From the IMG/VR virus record IMGVR_UViG_3300045988_144013: DNA of 45,695 nt. One strand, 5' to 3'. The position numbers and the translations under genes are program-made. Origin of the DNA: a virus. Below are positions 1-7,760 of this stretch, piece by piece; position 1 is the stretch's first letter; each line of letters starts with the position of its first letter. The notes under the pieces are model-generated. The model had not been told where the DNA came from. It searched no databases and saw only the letters and a program-made list of their open reading frames with translations.

Positions 1-55
1 ATTCTTCTGGAATTGGCTATAATTGTTTCATTAAATAGCACTTTATGATATAATA
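1..55 (+). repeat. Terminal direct repeat, left copy (att core or circular-assembly overlap)
   Basis: Bases 1-55 are identical to 45641-45695. Confidence 0.95.
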
Positions 56-98
56 TTATAATTGCCAAAGAACGACTTGTAAAGCGGGATTTATACAA

Positions 99-122
99 AT
101 TCGTCAAAAATTCGTCAAAAAT
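99..122 (+). promoter_or_regulatory. Tandem 11-mer ATTCGTCAAAA x2; candidate integrase arm-type binding site
   Basis: The 24-mer ATTCGTCAAAAATTCGTCAAAAAT recurs at 45545-45568. It lies 3 bp from the int stop codon. Confidence 0.5.
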
Positions 123-125
123 TTT

Positions 126-1187
126 CTAAAAAAAATTTGAGAGACGCTTCTGTGCATTTTCTCTCATTTCATCAGTGTAGTGTACATATGCCTTTAAAAC
201 TGTTTCAACTGTATCTCCCAACAATGCTGCGACCGTTTTAATATCAAAGCCACTACTAAGTAATGTTGTAGCATAAGTATGCCTGAAGTCATGAATACTT
301 GTGTCATCTTTTGTGTACAGAGAAACTCTTTTTATAGAGTGATATGTCACATTCCAAAATACCATATCGCTGATGTGACGAGGATATTTATTCTTGTATT
401 CAATTAAAACCGTTTGTAATCGCATAGGTATAGGTACAGTTCGATAAGAGTTATTGCTTTTTAATTCTTGTAGGGTCATAATATTTCTATTTGTAGCAAC
501 CATTTGTCGCTCTACTTTTAATGTGCCTGCATTAAAATCAATATCAGACCATTTCAAACCTGTTATCTCGCCAACCCTAAGCCCCGCGAAAGCGGCGATA
601 CAACACGCTGTATATAAAGTATAGTTCTTGGATTTTAAACGTGCTAGAACAGCTTCTAAACGTTCTTTGGAAAGGGCGTTTATTTTTCTTTGGCCTTTTA
701 TTTTTAACGGATGTATCCCTATCGTAGGATCTTTAGTTATAAGTTCGTATGGAGATACCGCTCTTTTAAAAATAGTTTTTAGTTTTACGAGATACAAGTT
801 GGCGGTGTTTGCTTTCACTGGTAAAGAGTTAAATATTGATTGTATGTCGCTATGCGTTATGTCTACCAGACGCATATCTTTTAGTTCTGAAAAGGCTTTG
901 ATAGCGTGCTGGTATCCGAGTAGAGTGTTGTATGCTATGCTCCTTCTTATATCATTAAGATACATTGCGGAAAATTCACCAAAGGTTATTCTTGCAGTGC
1001 TATTGTCCATATATATTGGCGCATTTGCTTTAACTTCTTCTAGTAACTTATCGCCTGCTATTTTTGCTTCTCTTTTGGTTTTAAATCCTTGTTTTGATTT
1101 TTGCTTCCAACAACCACGATTATCTTTATAGGATAATATTACTTGAAATCCTTTATCTTTTTCTCTAAAAGTGAAATTATACTCCAT
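126..1187 (-). CDS. int: Tyrosine recombinase / phage integrase
   Basis: 353 aa. N-terminal SAM-like domain. C-terminal catalytic signature LRVGE...HDFRHTYATTLL...VHYTD (R, HxxR, Y). Located at the genome end next to the repeat. Confidence 0.92.
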   Translation of the reverse strand: MEYNFTFREKDKGFQVILSYKDNRGCWKQKSKQGFKTKREAKIAGDKLLEEVKANAPIYMDNSTARITFGEFSAMYLNDIRRSIAYNTLLGYQHAIKAFSELKDMRLVDITHSDIQSIFNSLPVKANTANLYLVKLKTIFKRAVSPYELITKDPTIGIHPLKIKGQRKINALSKERLEAVLARLKSKNYTLYTACCIAAFAGLRVGEITGLKWSDIDFNAGTLKVERQMVATNRNIMTLQELKSNNSYRTVPIPMRLQTVLIEYKNKYPRHISDMVFWNVTYHSIKRVSLYTKDDTSIHDFRHTYATTLLSSGFDIKTVAALLGDTVETVLKAYVHYTDEMRENAQKRLSNFF

Positions 1188-1307
1188 TTTTTCACCTCCT
1201 ATATTTTAAGTTTTTAAAGTGTTAAGTATTAAAATAAATTTATTGTTTAAGAAATTAGATTATATTATACTAACATTGCCGTTGTAAATATTTTATTTTT
1301 GTTATGG

Positions 1308-1341
1308 CTGCTACCGGGCGTTTGGTAGCGGTCTTTTTTTA
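1308..1341 (+). terminator. Rho-independent terminator, plus-strand orientation
   Basis: Stem CTGCTACC / GGTAGCGG (one G-U pair) followed by T7. Confidence 0.5.
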
Positions 1342-1540
1342 TTTCATTTAGCCTTGGGGAAAGATAAGATCTTTATAGAATTATCTTGTCCGTCCCCTTT
1401 CTTCGGGGACACTGGGCAATAATGTGATGCTCCTTGATTCCTAAAACATAACCAATCACTTGATTTAGCTCACCAGGCGAAAAATCTTTCATGTTGCATT
1501 CGATAAGCTTGATTGTTCTGGATAACAAAGTATCACGCTC

Positions 1541-1927
1541 CTAAACTGCATTTTTATTTTTTGATGTTTCTGCAGTTAGCAGTCCATCAATAAAGCCAAT
1601 AACAATATATCTATCATTATCTTCAATTTTGCGGAACTTATCTATAAGAATTTTTTCCTGATCAGATAATACATAGTTATCTTCCTGATCGATATAAATA
1701 GGAGTGGGGCGTTCCATTTCTACATCGAATCCCATAAGCCAGCCTTCGTTTACATTTAATGCAACGGCTATCTTGTAGAGATTATTCTGTTTTGCCTTAA
1801 ATTTGCCTTTTAAATATTGGCTAATAAGAGGTTGGCTTAATCCAGTTTTTTTGGACAGTTCAACTGGCTTTATGCCTGTGACATCTAACGCTTCTTGTAG
1901 CCTAGTGGCAAAATCAGTTTTTTTCAT
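1541..1927 (-). CDS. cI-like XRE-family repressor
   Basis: HTH GLSQPLISQYLKGK. Divergent from the cro-like gene. Start moved to the second ATG (MKKTDF), which has GGAAGGA 8 nt upstream. Confidence 0.8.
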   Translation of the reverse strand: MKKTDFATRLQEALDVTGIKPVELSKKTGLSQPLISQYLKGKFKAKQNNLYKIAVALNVNEGWLMGFDVEMERPTPIYIDQEDNYVLSDQEKILIDKFRKIEDNDRYIVIGFIDGLLTAETSKNKNAV

Positions 1928-2007
1928 TGCAATCATCCTTCCTTCAACTATAATAACACTGATATTAAGGAAAGTAAAGGATAAAATAAGAAAACTAAAA
2001 TTTAGTA

Positions 2008-2036
2008 TTGACTTAAGAAAGCTTAAGTAGTATAAT
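2008..2036 (+). promoter_or_regulatory. Early rightward promoter TTGACT-N17-TATAAT
   Basis: Near-consensus -35 and -10 with a 17-nt spacer, 34 nt upstream of the cro-like start. Confidence 0.65.
2011..2028. promoter_or_regulatory. Operator-like dyad ACTTAAG-N4-CTTAAGT inside the promoter spacer
   Basis: Perfect 7-bp inverted half-sites overlapping the -35 and spacer. Confidence 0.5.
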
Positions 2037-2069
2037 CGTCTTAGAAACAGAAAAGAAAGGAGGAACGTT

Positions 2070-2300
2070 ATGAATCCGGAATTTGATTATTCAAAACTTA
2101 ATGAAAAAATAATTAGAACATTTCTTACAAGAACTGCATTTTGTGAGGCTTTTGGGGTATCGACATCGAATCTTTCGTTGAAAATGAATAACAAACATTA
2201 CTTTACTCAACCACAAATCGCTAAGGCTTGTTCATTATTGAAAATTCCACAATCTCAAGTTGGTAAATATTTTTTTACCACAAAAATTAAGAAATCTTAA
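2070..2300 (+). CDS. Cro-like small HTH regulator (DUF739-like)
   Basis: 76 aa. HTH-like FCEAFGVSTSNLSLKMN. RBS AAGGAGG. Divergent from the repressor. Confidence 0.65.
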   Translation: MNPEFDYSKLNEKIIRTFLTRTAFCEAFGVSTSNLSLKMNNKHYFTQPQIAKACSLLKIPQSQVGKYFFTTKIKKS

Positions 2301-2319
2301 CAAAAAGGAGCGCTGTTAA

Positions 2320-2676
2320 ATGATTGTAGAATGTCCACACGTTGGAATAAGAGAGCTGTCTGAAGCGTGGGGTGTTAGTGCTAGGACAGTAAAAGAATGG
2401 CTTGCTAGTGCAGGTATTAAAACAGTAGTACGTGGTCGGTATCGTATATCAGATGTTACGAGATATGCCGATCAGTACGGTAAGCCGAAACTTTCTAATC
2501 GAGAGCGATTAGAGGTAATGCAGCTACAAAAAGCCTTAGATAACGCTAACGCTGAAATAGCAGAACTGCAAGAATGTCTGTTGAAAGTGTCAGGAGTAAC
2601 AGCTGACGCTGTTCAAAAGATAGTTAGGCAGATGAAAAAAGAAACTGAAATAGTAGAAATGAGGCAGAGCAGATGA
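2320..2676 (+). CDS. HTH DNA-binding protein (excisionase/regulator-like) with C-terminal coiled coil
   Basis: 118 aa. IRELSEAWGVSARTVKEWL is MerR/Xis-like. Confidence 0.5.
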   Translation: MIVECPHVGIRELSEAWGVSARTVKEWLASAGIKTVVRGRYRISDVTRYADQYGKPKLSNRERLEVMQLQKALDNANAEIAELQECLLKVSGVTADAVQKIVRQMKKETEIVEMRQSR

Positions 2677-2831
2677 AAGCATTAATCAAAGTAGCAGGAA
2701 CAGCAGTAGTAATGAAAGAGAGTATTAAGCAACAGCCTTGTGTATGGTCTTTAACTGCTTTGGCTATAGCAACAGTAGTTAGGCTGATATATGACATAGG
2801 CTACGCTATGGGGCAGGTGGCAGGCTTATGA
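2673..2831 (+). CDS. Small membrane protein (52 aa)
   Basis: ATGA overlap with the upstream stop. Hydrophobic segment WSLTALAIATVVRLIY. Not in the ORF track (under 60 aa). Confidence 0.4.
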   Translation: MKALIKVAGTAVVMKESIKQQPCVWSLTALAIATVVRLIYDIGYAMGQVAGL

Positions 2832-2923
2832 TTAGAGATTTTACCGTAGCGACTACTGCAATATTTATTGGAACATACGTAGCTATTATGGCTGCTGTAG
2901 TGACAGTAGGGGTGTTGAGATGA
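2828..2923 (+). CDS. Small membrane peptide (31 aa)
   Basis: ATGA overlaps at both ends. Single TM segment TAIFIGTYVAIMAAVVTVGVL. Confidence 0.35.
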   Translation: MIRDFTVATTAIFIGTYVAIMAAVVTVGVLR

Positions 2924-3114
2924 GCGAAGATAGGAGAAAAAACATGAACGAAAATATCAAGCAAGAAGCTAAAACATTAGAAGAAGCTGCAAGACCATTA
3001 GTAGAATACATCAGAAAACACCATACGCCCATGACTACGGCAATAGTCACAGGCGCAAGTGTTGAGATTTTGAGCACAGATATTCAAGTTCCTTTTGATG
3101 ATGAGTGGGATTAA
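2920..3114 (+). CDS. Hypothetical protein
   Basis: 64-aa ORF, translationally coupled to the upstream micro-ORFs. Confidence 0.5.
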   Translation: MSEDRRKNMNENIKQEAKTLEEAARPLVEYIRKHHTPMTTAIVTGASVEILSTDIQVPFDDEWD

Positions 3115-3314
3115 CGAATGCGAGTTTCACCGCGTCCTTTTAAAACATTGTGGACAAACTGCCCTTTAGATGGGGAAGCAAGAAACTTGTTGAACAAATC
3201 TTCGGTACAGTTTGGATAGCGATAAGCATATCCGTTGTGAAAATGAACTTCAATTACTCCATTCTCATAACCAATACATTCAACGTTTGATGAATCTACA
3301 GCAATCATTTTCAT
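3111..3314 (-). CDS. KTSC domain protein
   Basis: Motif VDSSNVECIGYENGVIEVHFHNGYAYRYPNCTEDLFNKFLASPSKGQF. Start set at MKMIAV, with GGAGGTG upstream. Confidence 0.65.
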   Translation of the reverse strand: MKMIAVDSSNVECIGYENGVIEVHFHNGYAYRYPNCTEDLFNKFLASPSKGQFVHNVLKGRGETRIR

Positions 3315-3365
3315 AATATCACCTCCATATATAGTAATTGTACCACAGCAAGGAGAGTATTCAAG

Positions 3366-3542
3366 ATGAACAAAATTAAACAAATTCGTGAACAGAAAGG
3401 CTTGTCAAGAAGTCAAGTTTCTAAAGCCAGTGGTGTTTGGTATAAAAATCTAATTGATATTGAAAACGGTAAAGATGTGACATTATCCACGCTCAGGAAA
3501 ATTGCAGCAGCAATGAACTGTGAAGTATCTGATTTAGTTTAG
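3366..3542 (+). CDS. Small XRE-family HTH protein (58 aa)
   Basis: IREQKGLSRSQVSKASGVWYKNLIDIENGK. RBS AAGGAGAG. Below the ORF-track cutoff. Confidence 0.6.
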   Translation: MNKIKQIREQKGLSRSQVSKASGVWYKNLIDIENGKDVTLSTLRKIAAAMNCEVSDLV

Positions 3543-3553
3543 GAGGAGCGTTT

Positions 3554-3697
3554 ATGACAAAACAAAAGAAAAAGAGCTACCGAAGTTGCAGCTTCGATAG
3601 CTCAGGGTGGACTGTAAATTTTACGAAGTTTAGCGTCCACCTTCATTTTAGCAAAAGAATTGGAGGATTGCAAGCATGGATAATTTTGATGATTTAG
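3554..3697 (+). CDS. Possible 47-aa basic protein; the region is also hairpin-dense
   Basis: Strong RBS AGGAGG 7 nt before the ATG. The ORF is covered by 12-bp and 7-bp stems and overlaps the next gene. Confidence 0.3.
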   Translation: MTKQKKKSYRSCSFDSSGWTVNFTKFSVHLHFSKRIGGLQAWIILMI

Positions 3698-3852
3698 TAT
3701 ATTCGATTAGATATGAATTAGATGCAATGCAGGAAAATCTGAATAACACAGATGATTTGGACGGAAGCGAAGCTAAAGTAAATGTTTTGCTGAAATGGAT
3801 TAAAAACAGTGCAAATACGATTGAAAATAAAATTGAAGATTGGGGCGTGTAA
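3676..3852 (+). CDS. Hypothetical acidic protein (58 aa)
   Basis: RBS GGAGGA 8 nt upstream. Ends 2 nt before the Gp157-like start. Confidence 0.5.
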   Translation: MDNFDDLVYSIRYELDAMQENLNNTDDLDGSEAKVNVLLKWIKNSANTIENKIEDWGV

Positions 3853-3854
3853 AT

Positions 3855-4343
3855 ATGAAACTTTATGAAATTAATCAACAATTAGAGCGGTTGCTAGAAC
3901 TTGATACTGAAAGAATGGTAGATACTGAAACAGGTGAAATATTGACTGCCGAGGATATAGATCAGTTGAAGATTGATAGAGTAGAAAAGATTGAAGGCTG
4001 CCTTGTGGTTTACAAAAACAAAATGGCAGAAACAGCAGCCATTGAAGAAGAAATTAAAAGGCTGACGGAAAGAAAAGCTACCTTAAAAAATAAGGCGGAG
4101 TGGTTAAAAGGTTATGTAGCCTACGCTTTAAAGGGTGAAAAATTTGAGACTCCCAAAGGCGCAGTCAGCTACAAAAAAAGTGAGACAGTGGAAATTACCG
4201 ATAAGGAGAAGCTGCCGACAGAATTTTTGAGAGTTGTTACATCAACATCACCTGACAAAGCGGCTATCAAGGCTGCGATCAAAGCTGGCAGTAAGATTGA
4301 TGGGGCACAGGTAGTAGAGCATCAGAATGTGCAGATAAAGTGA
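3855..4343 (+). CDS. Siphovirus Gp157-like protein
   Basis: Start reset to MKLYEINQQLE. Coiled-coil N-terminus and conserved C-terminus. Sits directly upstream of the annealing protein, as is typical for the family. Confidence 0.6.
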   Translation: MKLYEINQQLERLLELDTERMVDTETGEILTAEDIDQLKIDRVEKIEGCLVVYKNKMAETAAIEEEIKRLTERKATLKNKAEWLKGYVAYALKGEKFETPKGAVSYKKSETVEITDKEKLPTEFLRVVTSTSPDKAAIKAAIKAGSKIDGAQVVEHQNVQIK

Positions 4344-4353
4344 GGTGGAGGAC

Positions 4354-5010
4354 ATGATTGATATATATACAAACTTAGCAACCCCGCCTACAGATGCTTT
4401 GAAAACAATCCAAGCAGGTAATCTAAGGGGAAAAAGTGATATAAACCCACAATGGAAGATTGAAGCTATTACTGCTCAGTTTGGATTGTGTGGTATTGGA
4501 TGGAAATTTGAAATTTTAGATAAGACTATATATCCATTAGAGGATAAGCAAATATTACTGTATATGACGGTAGCTTTGTTTATCAAAAACGGTGATAGTT
4601 GGAGCGAGCCTATCATTGGTTGTGGAGGCGACTTCATTGTTCAAAAATATAAAACTGGACTTACAGCAAATGATGAAGCCTTTAAGATGTGTCTTACTGA
4701 CGCACTTGGTAACGCTATGAAAAATATTGGCGTTGCAGCAGATGTGTACAGGGGGTTTTGCGATGGTAAATATAGCGTTCGAGAAGAACGGCAATCTGTT
4801 GAACCATCAACCACTAAAACATCAAATAAAGCAGAACTGCCTACACCTATAAACCAAACTAAGCCTGCGTTTCCTGACGAAAATACTGGACCACAATTTT
4901 TGATGTGTCAAGAATGTACAGTTGAAATCAGTCAAAGAGTTCACGATTACAGCGTGCAGAAATTTGGCAGGCCTCTTTGTATGAACTGTCAAAAGGCAGT
5001 AGCAAAATGA
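4354..5010 (+). CDS. Rad52/Sak-type single-strand annealing protein with a C-terminal CxxC...CxxC zinc ribbon
   Basis: INPQWKIEAITAQFGLCGIGW and CLTDALGNAMKNIGVAADVY are Rad52-like signatures. The tail is CQEC...CMNC. Confidence 0.65.
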   Translation: MIDIYTNLATPPTDALKTIQAGNLRGKSDINPQWKIEAITAQFGLCGIGWKFEILDKTIYPLEDKQILLYMTVALFIKNGDSWSEPIIGCGGDFIVQKYKTGLTANDEAFKMCLTDALGNAMKNIGVAADVYRGFCDGKYSVREERQSVEPSTTKTSNKAELPTPINQTKPAFPDENTGPQFLMCQECTVEISQRVHDYSVQKFGRPLCMNCQKAVAK

Positions 5011-5066
5011 AGTTGGAAGGTTTAGGGATTCATCAGTTAAATAAATTTTGAAAAGAGGAATTAAAA

Positions 5067-5324
5067 ATGGAACAAGTATATGGGAAAAAAGTTGAAAGTT
5101 ATCATGACAGTACTGATAATTATATCGCTGAAAATGAAGTCACTGTAACAATTACATTAAGCGAATATCGAAAATTGGTGCAGGAAGTGGCTACAAAAAA
5201 ATATGATATCGACAGGGCGAACTCGGCAACGTACGAGGCAAAGCGCCAGCTGGAAAAATTTAAAAATCAATATTTCGAGGAATTAAAAAAAGAATATGGC
5301 GAAAATGCCGAAGATGAAGATTAA
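5067..5324 (+). CDS. Hypothetical coiled-coil protein
   Basis: 85-aa ORF with RBS AGAGGA. Confidence 0.5.
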   Translation: MEQVYGKKVESYHDSTDNYIAENEVTVTITLSEYRKLVQEVATKKYDIDRANSATYEAKRQLEKFKNQYFEELKKEYGENAEDED

Positions 5325-5345
5325 CGCAAAGTAAGTGGGCGCAAA

Positions 5346-5921
5346 ATGAAGCTAACAGTTAAAGGTTTACAGACGTTAAAAGGGATGGGATACATAAATT
5401 TAGTAGTACCTGTCCCTTTATCAGAGGAAGAAGAAATCAATAAAATCGATCCTGAAAAGCAGTATGTTGTAGAGGTCAAGCAATGGCGCAAAGGGCGTTC
5501 TAACGACGCTAATAAATACGCTTGGGTATTATGCCAAAGGATAGCAGAAAAGCTGTCAGAAGAGAGCTTTCACAGCAAGGAAGATGTTTACAGGAAGGCA
5601 ATCCGGGAATGTGGTTACGGCAGAATATGGCCAGTGCCAACTGACGCTGTAAACAGAACTATTGAAATTTGGCAAAGCAATGGTGTTGGCTGGATAGCTG
5701 AATTGCTTGGTGAATGTCAGAACATTAAAGGCTATAGCAATGTAAGGGTATATTACGGTAGCAGTGCTTATGACACGAAAGAGATGAGCCGTTTTATAGA
5801 TTGTTTGGTATCTATGGCAAAAGATATTGGTGTAGAAACAAGGCCGCAGGAAGAATTAGATGAGCTGATCAAGGAGTGGGGCGTTAAAGATGATTCCAAA
5901 AATAAAGAGGATAAGACTTAA
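5346..5921 (+). CDS. NinB/Orf-like recombination mediator
   Basis: KGRSNDANKYAWVLCQRIAEKL aligns by eye with lambda Orf RNRSLDQNRKLWACLGDV. The C-terminal SSAYDTKEMSRFIDCLVSMAKDIGV aligns with STSRMRVGEFAELLELIQAFG. Confidence 0.55.
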   Translation: MKLTVKGLQTLKGMGYINLVVPVPLSEEEEINKIDPEKQYVVEVKQWRKGRSNDANKYAWVLCQRIAEKLSEESFHSKEDVYRKAIRECGYGRIWPVPTDAVNRTIEIWQSNGVGWIAELLGECQNIKGYSNVRVYYGSSAYDTKEMSRFIDCLVSMAKDIGVETRPQEELDELIKEWGVKDDSKNKEDKT

Positions 5922-6180
5922 GGGTAAAGCGCTAAAAAAACTCTGCGAGGAAGTATATCGGCGTGATGATTGTTTGTGTGTAAACTGCAATAGCTTTGTT
6001 GAGCCTGGAGTTAAGCCACACCACGAGCCGCTAAAGTCACAAGGTGGACAGGATAGGCTTGAAGATATGGCAATGCTTTGTAATGACTGTCATTACCTGC
6101 GCCACAATGCCGCCGAGGGCGTTGTAATTGGGCAAAAGGTAAAAGCGTATTTGTCTACAAAATATGACCATCAGGAGTAA
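5890..6180 (+). CDS. HNH endonuclease
   Basis: CxxC...HHEP...CNDCHYLRHN HNH motif. Confidence 0.75.
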   Translation: MIPKIKRIRLKGKALKKLCEEVYRRDDCLCVNCNSFVEPGVKPHHEPLKSQGGQDRLEDMAMLCNDCHYLRHNAAEGVVIGQKVKAYLSTKYDHQE

Positions 6181-6186
6181 AGTGCT

Positions 6187-7110
6187 ATGAATACTGGGTT
6201 TATTGCTTTACATCGAAAATTGTTAGATAGTCCGATTTGGCAGGTTACGACAGTTGAGCAAAAGGTAATTTTAATCACTCTGCTTTTAATGGCAAATCAC
6301 AGTGAAAAAAAGTGGTATTGGCAGGGAGAAGAATTTATTTGCCAACCGGGACAATTTATAACCAGCTTGCCTAATATCGTAAAAGCTTGCGGAAATGGAC
6401 TAACAGTCCAAAATGTAAGGACTGCGTTAAAAAAGTTTGAAAATATGAATTTTTTAACAGACCAATCAACAAAGACTGGAAGGCTGATAACTATAGTAAA
6501 CTGGCAGGTTTATCAAGGAAAAAGGGAAGTCGATAACAGACAACCTAACAGTCAGCTAATAGACGGTCAACAGACACCTAACAGACAACCTAACAGTCAG
6601 CTAACATCTAACAATAATGATAATAATATAACAATGATAAACAATGATAATAATAATAACGCGCGCGCATGCGAGCAAACCAAAAATAGATTAGAGGTTA
6701 ACGAAAAAGAAAAAGGTTTTGAATTATTTTGGGAATTATATCCGTCGAAAAGGAAAAAGCCTGTTGCAAGAATAGCATGGATGAATATGCGTGTACACTC
6801 TGAAGAACAGTATGCATTGATTAATGCTGCTGTTGAGCGATACAAAAAAACTAATCAGTGGCAGGAGGAGAACGGAAGGTACATACCTGATCCTGATACT
6901 TTTTTGCAGGATGAACGTTGGACGGATGAAATCAAATTGTCTGAAGCAGTGCAAGCTGCTGACAGGGAAGCACAAGAGAAAGACGAATGGATTGCAAAAA
7001 ATAAGGAGCGCTGGGCAGCGATACCTCCAGAGAAAAGAAAATACAGACTGGCTTGTTTTATGGGGCTGGACTGGGAGGAAGTGAGGGATATGCCGTATGT
7101 TGGAACTTAG
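6187..7110 (+). CDS. Replication initiator / replisome organizer (winged-helix N-terminus, DnaD-like C-terminus)
   Basis: N-terminus FIALHRKLLDSPIWQ...GQFITSLPNI...VQNVRTALKKFENMNFL. Low-complexity linker that contains DNA iterons. Confidence 0.7.
   Translation: MNTGFIALHRKLLDSPIWQVTTVEQKVILITLLLMANHSEKKWYWQGEEFICQPGQFITSLPNIVKACGNGLTVQNVRTALKKFENMNFLTDQSTKTGRLITIVNWQVYQGKREVDNRQPNSQLIDGQQTPNRQPNSQLTSNNNDNNITMINNDNNNNARACEQTKNRLEVNEKEKGFELFWELYPSKRKKPVARIAWMNMRVHSEEQYALINAAVERYKKTNQWQEENGRYIPDPDTFLQDERWTDEIKLSEAVQAADREAQEKDEWIAKNKERWAAIPPEKRKYRLACFMGLDWEEVRDMPYVGT
6534..6604 (+). repeat. Two perfect 26-bp direct repeats, 45 bp apart, inside the initiator gene; candidate origin iterons
   Basis: TAACAGACAACCTAACAGTCAGCTAA at 6534-6559 and 6579-6604, with a partial copy between them. 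Followed by a 55-bp A/T-rich run and then GCGCGCGC. Confidence 0.55.
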
Positions 7111-7747
7111 AGAGATAACGGCAGCGTATGAAGTGTGGCAGGCGGCGGGATTAAAGCCAAACTGGGGAAGCGAAGATGCAAAAAAAACTATCGAAAGGCA
7201 AACCCTGGAGCGTTATAAATACACAGACATTGAGATGTGGGGCGATACTGTTGATTATATCGCTGATAATAATAAATATTGGCCAACATGGGCAGATATT
7301 AATAATACTTTATCAATCCTACGACAAAATAAAATTGGTGCAGAGAAGAAGGCTATTGAGCGTAATTCTAAAGCGGCAAATGAGTTTGTGAAGAAGCTAT
7401 TTGCTGATCTTGCTGCCGGTAAAACATTTGGCGAACTACGGCAGCCAGTGAGCGATAAAGTTAGAGCTGCAGCAAAGAGGATTTTTCCTGATGCCGACGA
7501 TAGCTTTATAAAGCGTAATTACAACGATATCAGCTTTATCGCAGACGTCGAACGAAAATGTGCTGAATGTATTAACACTGTTGATTGCCCATACAGCGGA
7601 CATCAACCGTTTTTGAGAGTAGACGAAGAAAGCGGATTTACTTATGTGGTAGCTGATCGTGAACGGTGTTATAAATATCATCCGTTAGTGCCTGATGTAG
7701 TACCAAAACGGTCAGCATGTCGTCAAGGTGATTTAGCTAAAGTTTAA
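7097..7747 (+). CDS. Hypothetical replication-module protein (possible helicase-loader-like)
   Basis: 216 aa. Overlaps the initiator stop. No Walker motif. Cys cluster CAECINTVDCPYSGH. Confidence 0.4.
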   Translation: MLELREITAAYEVWQAAGLKPNWGSEDAKKTIERQTLERYKYTDIEMWGDTVDYIADNNKYWPTWADINNTLSILRQNKIGAEKKAIERNSKAANEFVKKLFADLAAGKTFGELRQPVSDKVRAAAKRIFPDADDSFIKRNYNDISFIADVERKCAECINTVDCPYSGHQPFLRVDEESGFTYVVADRERCYKYHPLVPDVVPKRSACRQGDLAKV

Positions 7748-7760
7748 AGGAGCGGTAACT

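Noticed and set aside
628-1131. 167-aa plus-strand ORF antisense to the integrase
   Set aside because: It lies entirely within the well-supported int gene, has no RBS and has a low-complexity hydrophobic translation.
1373-1492. 39-aa minus-strand ORF downstream of the repressor gene
   Set aside because: No Shine-Dalgarno sequence. It contains two hairpins and is more likely 3' UTR structure.
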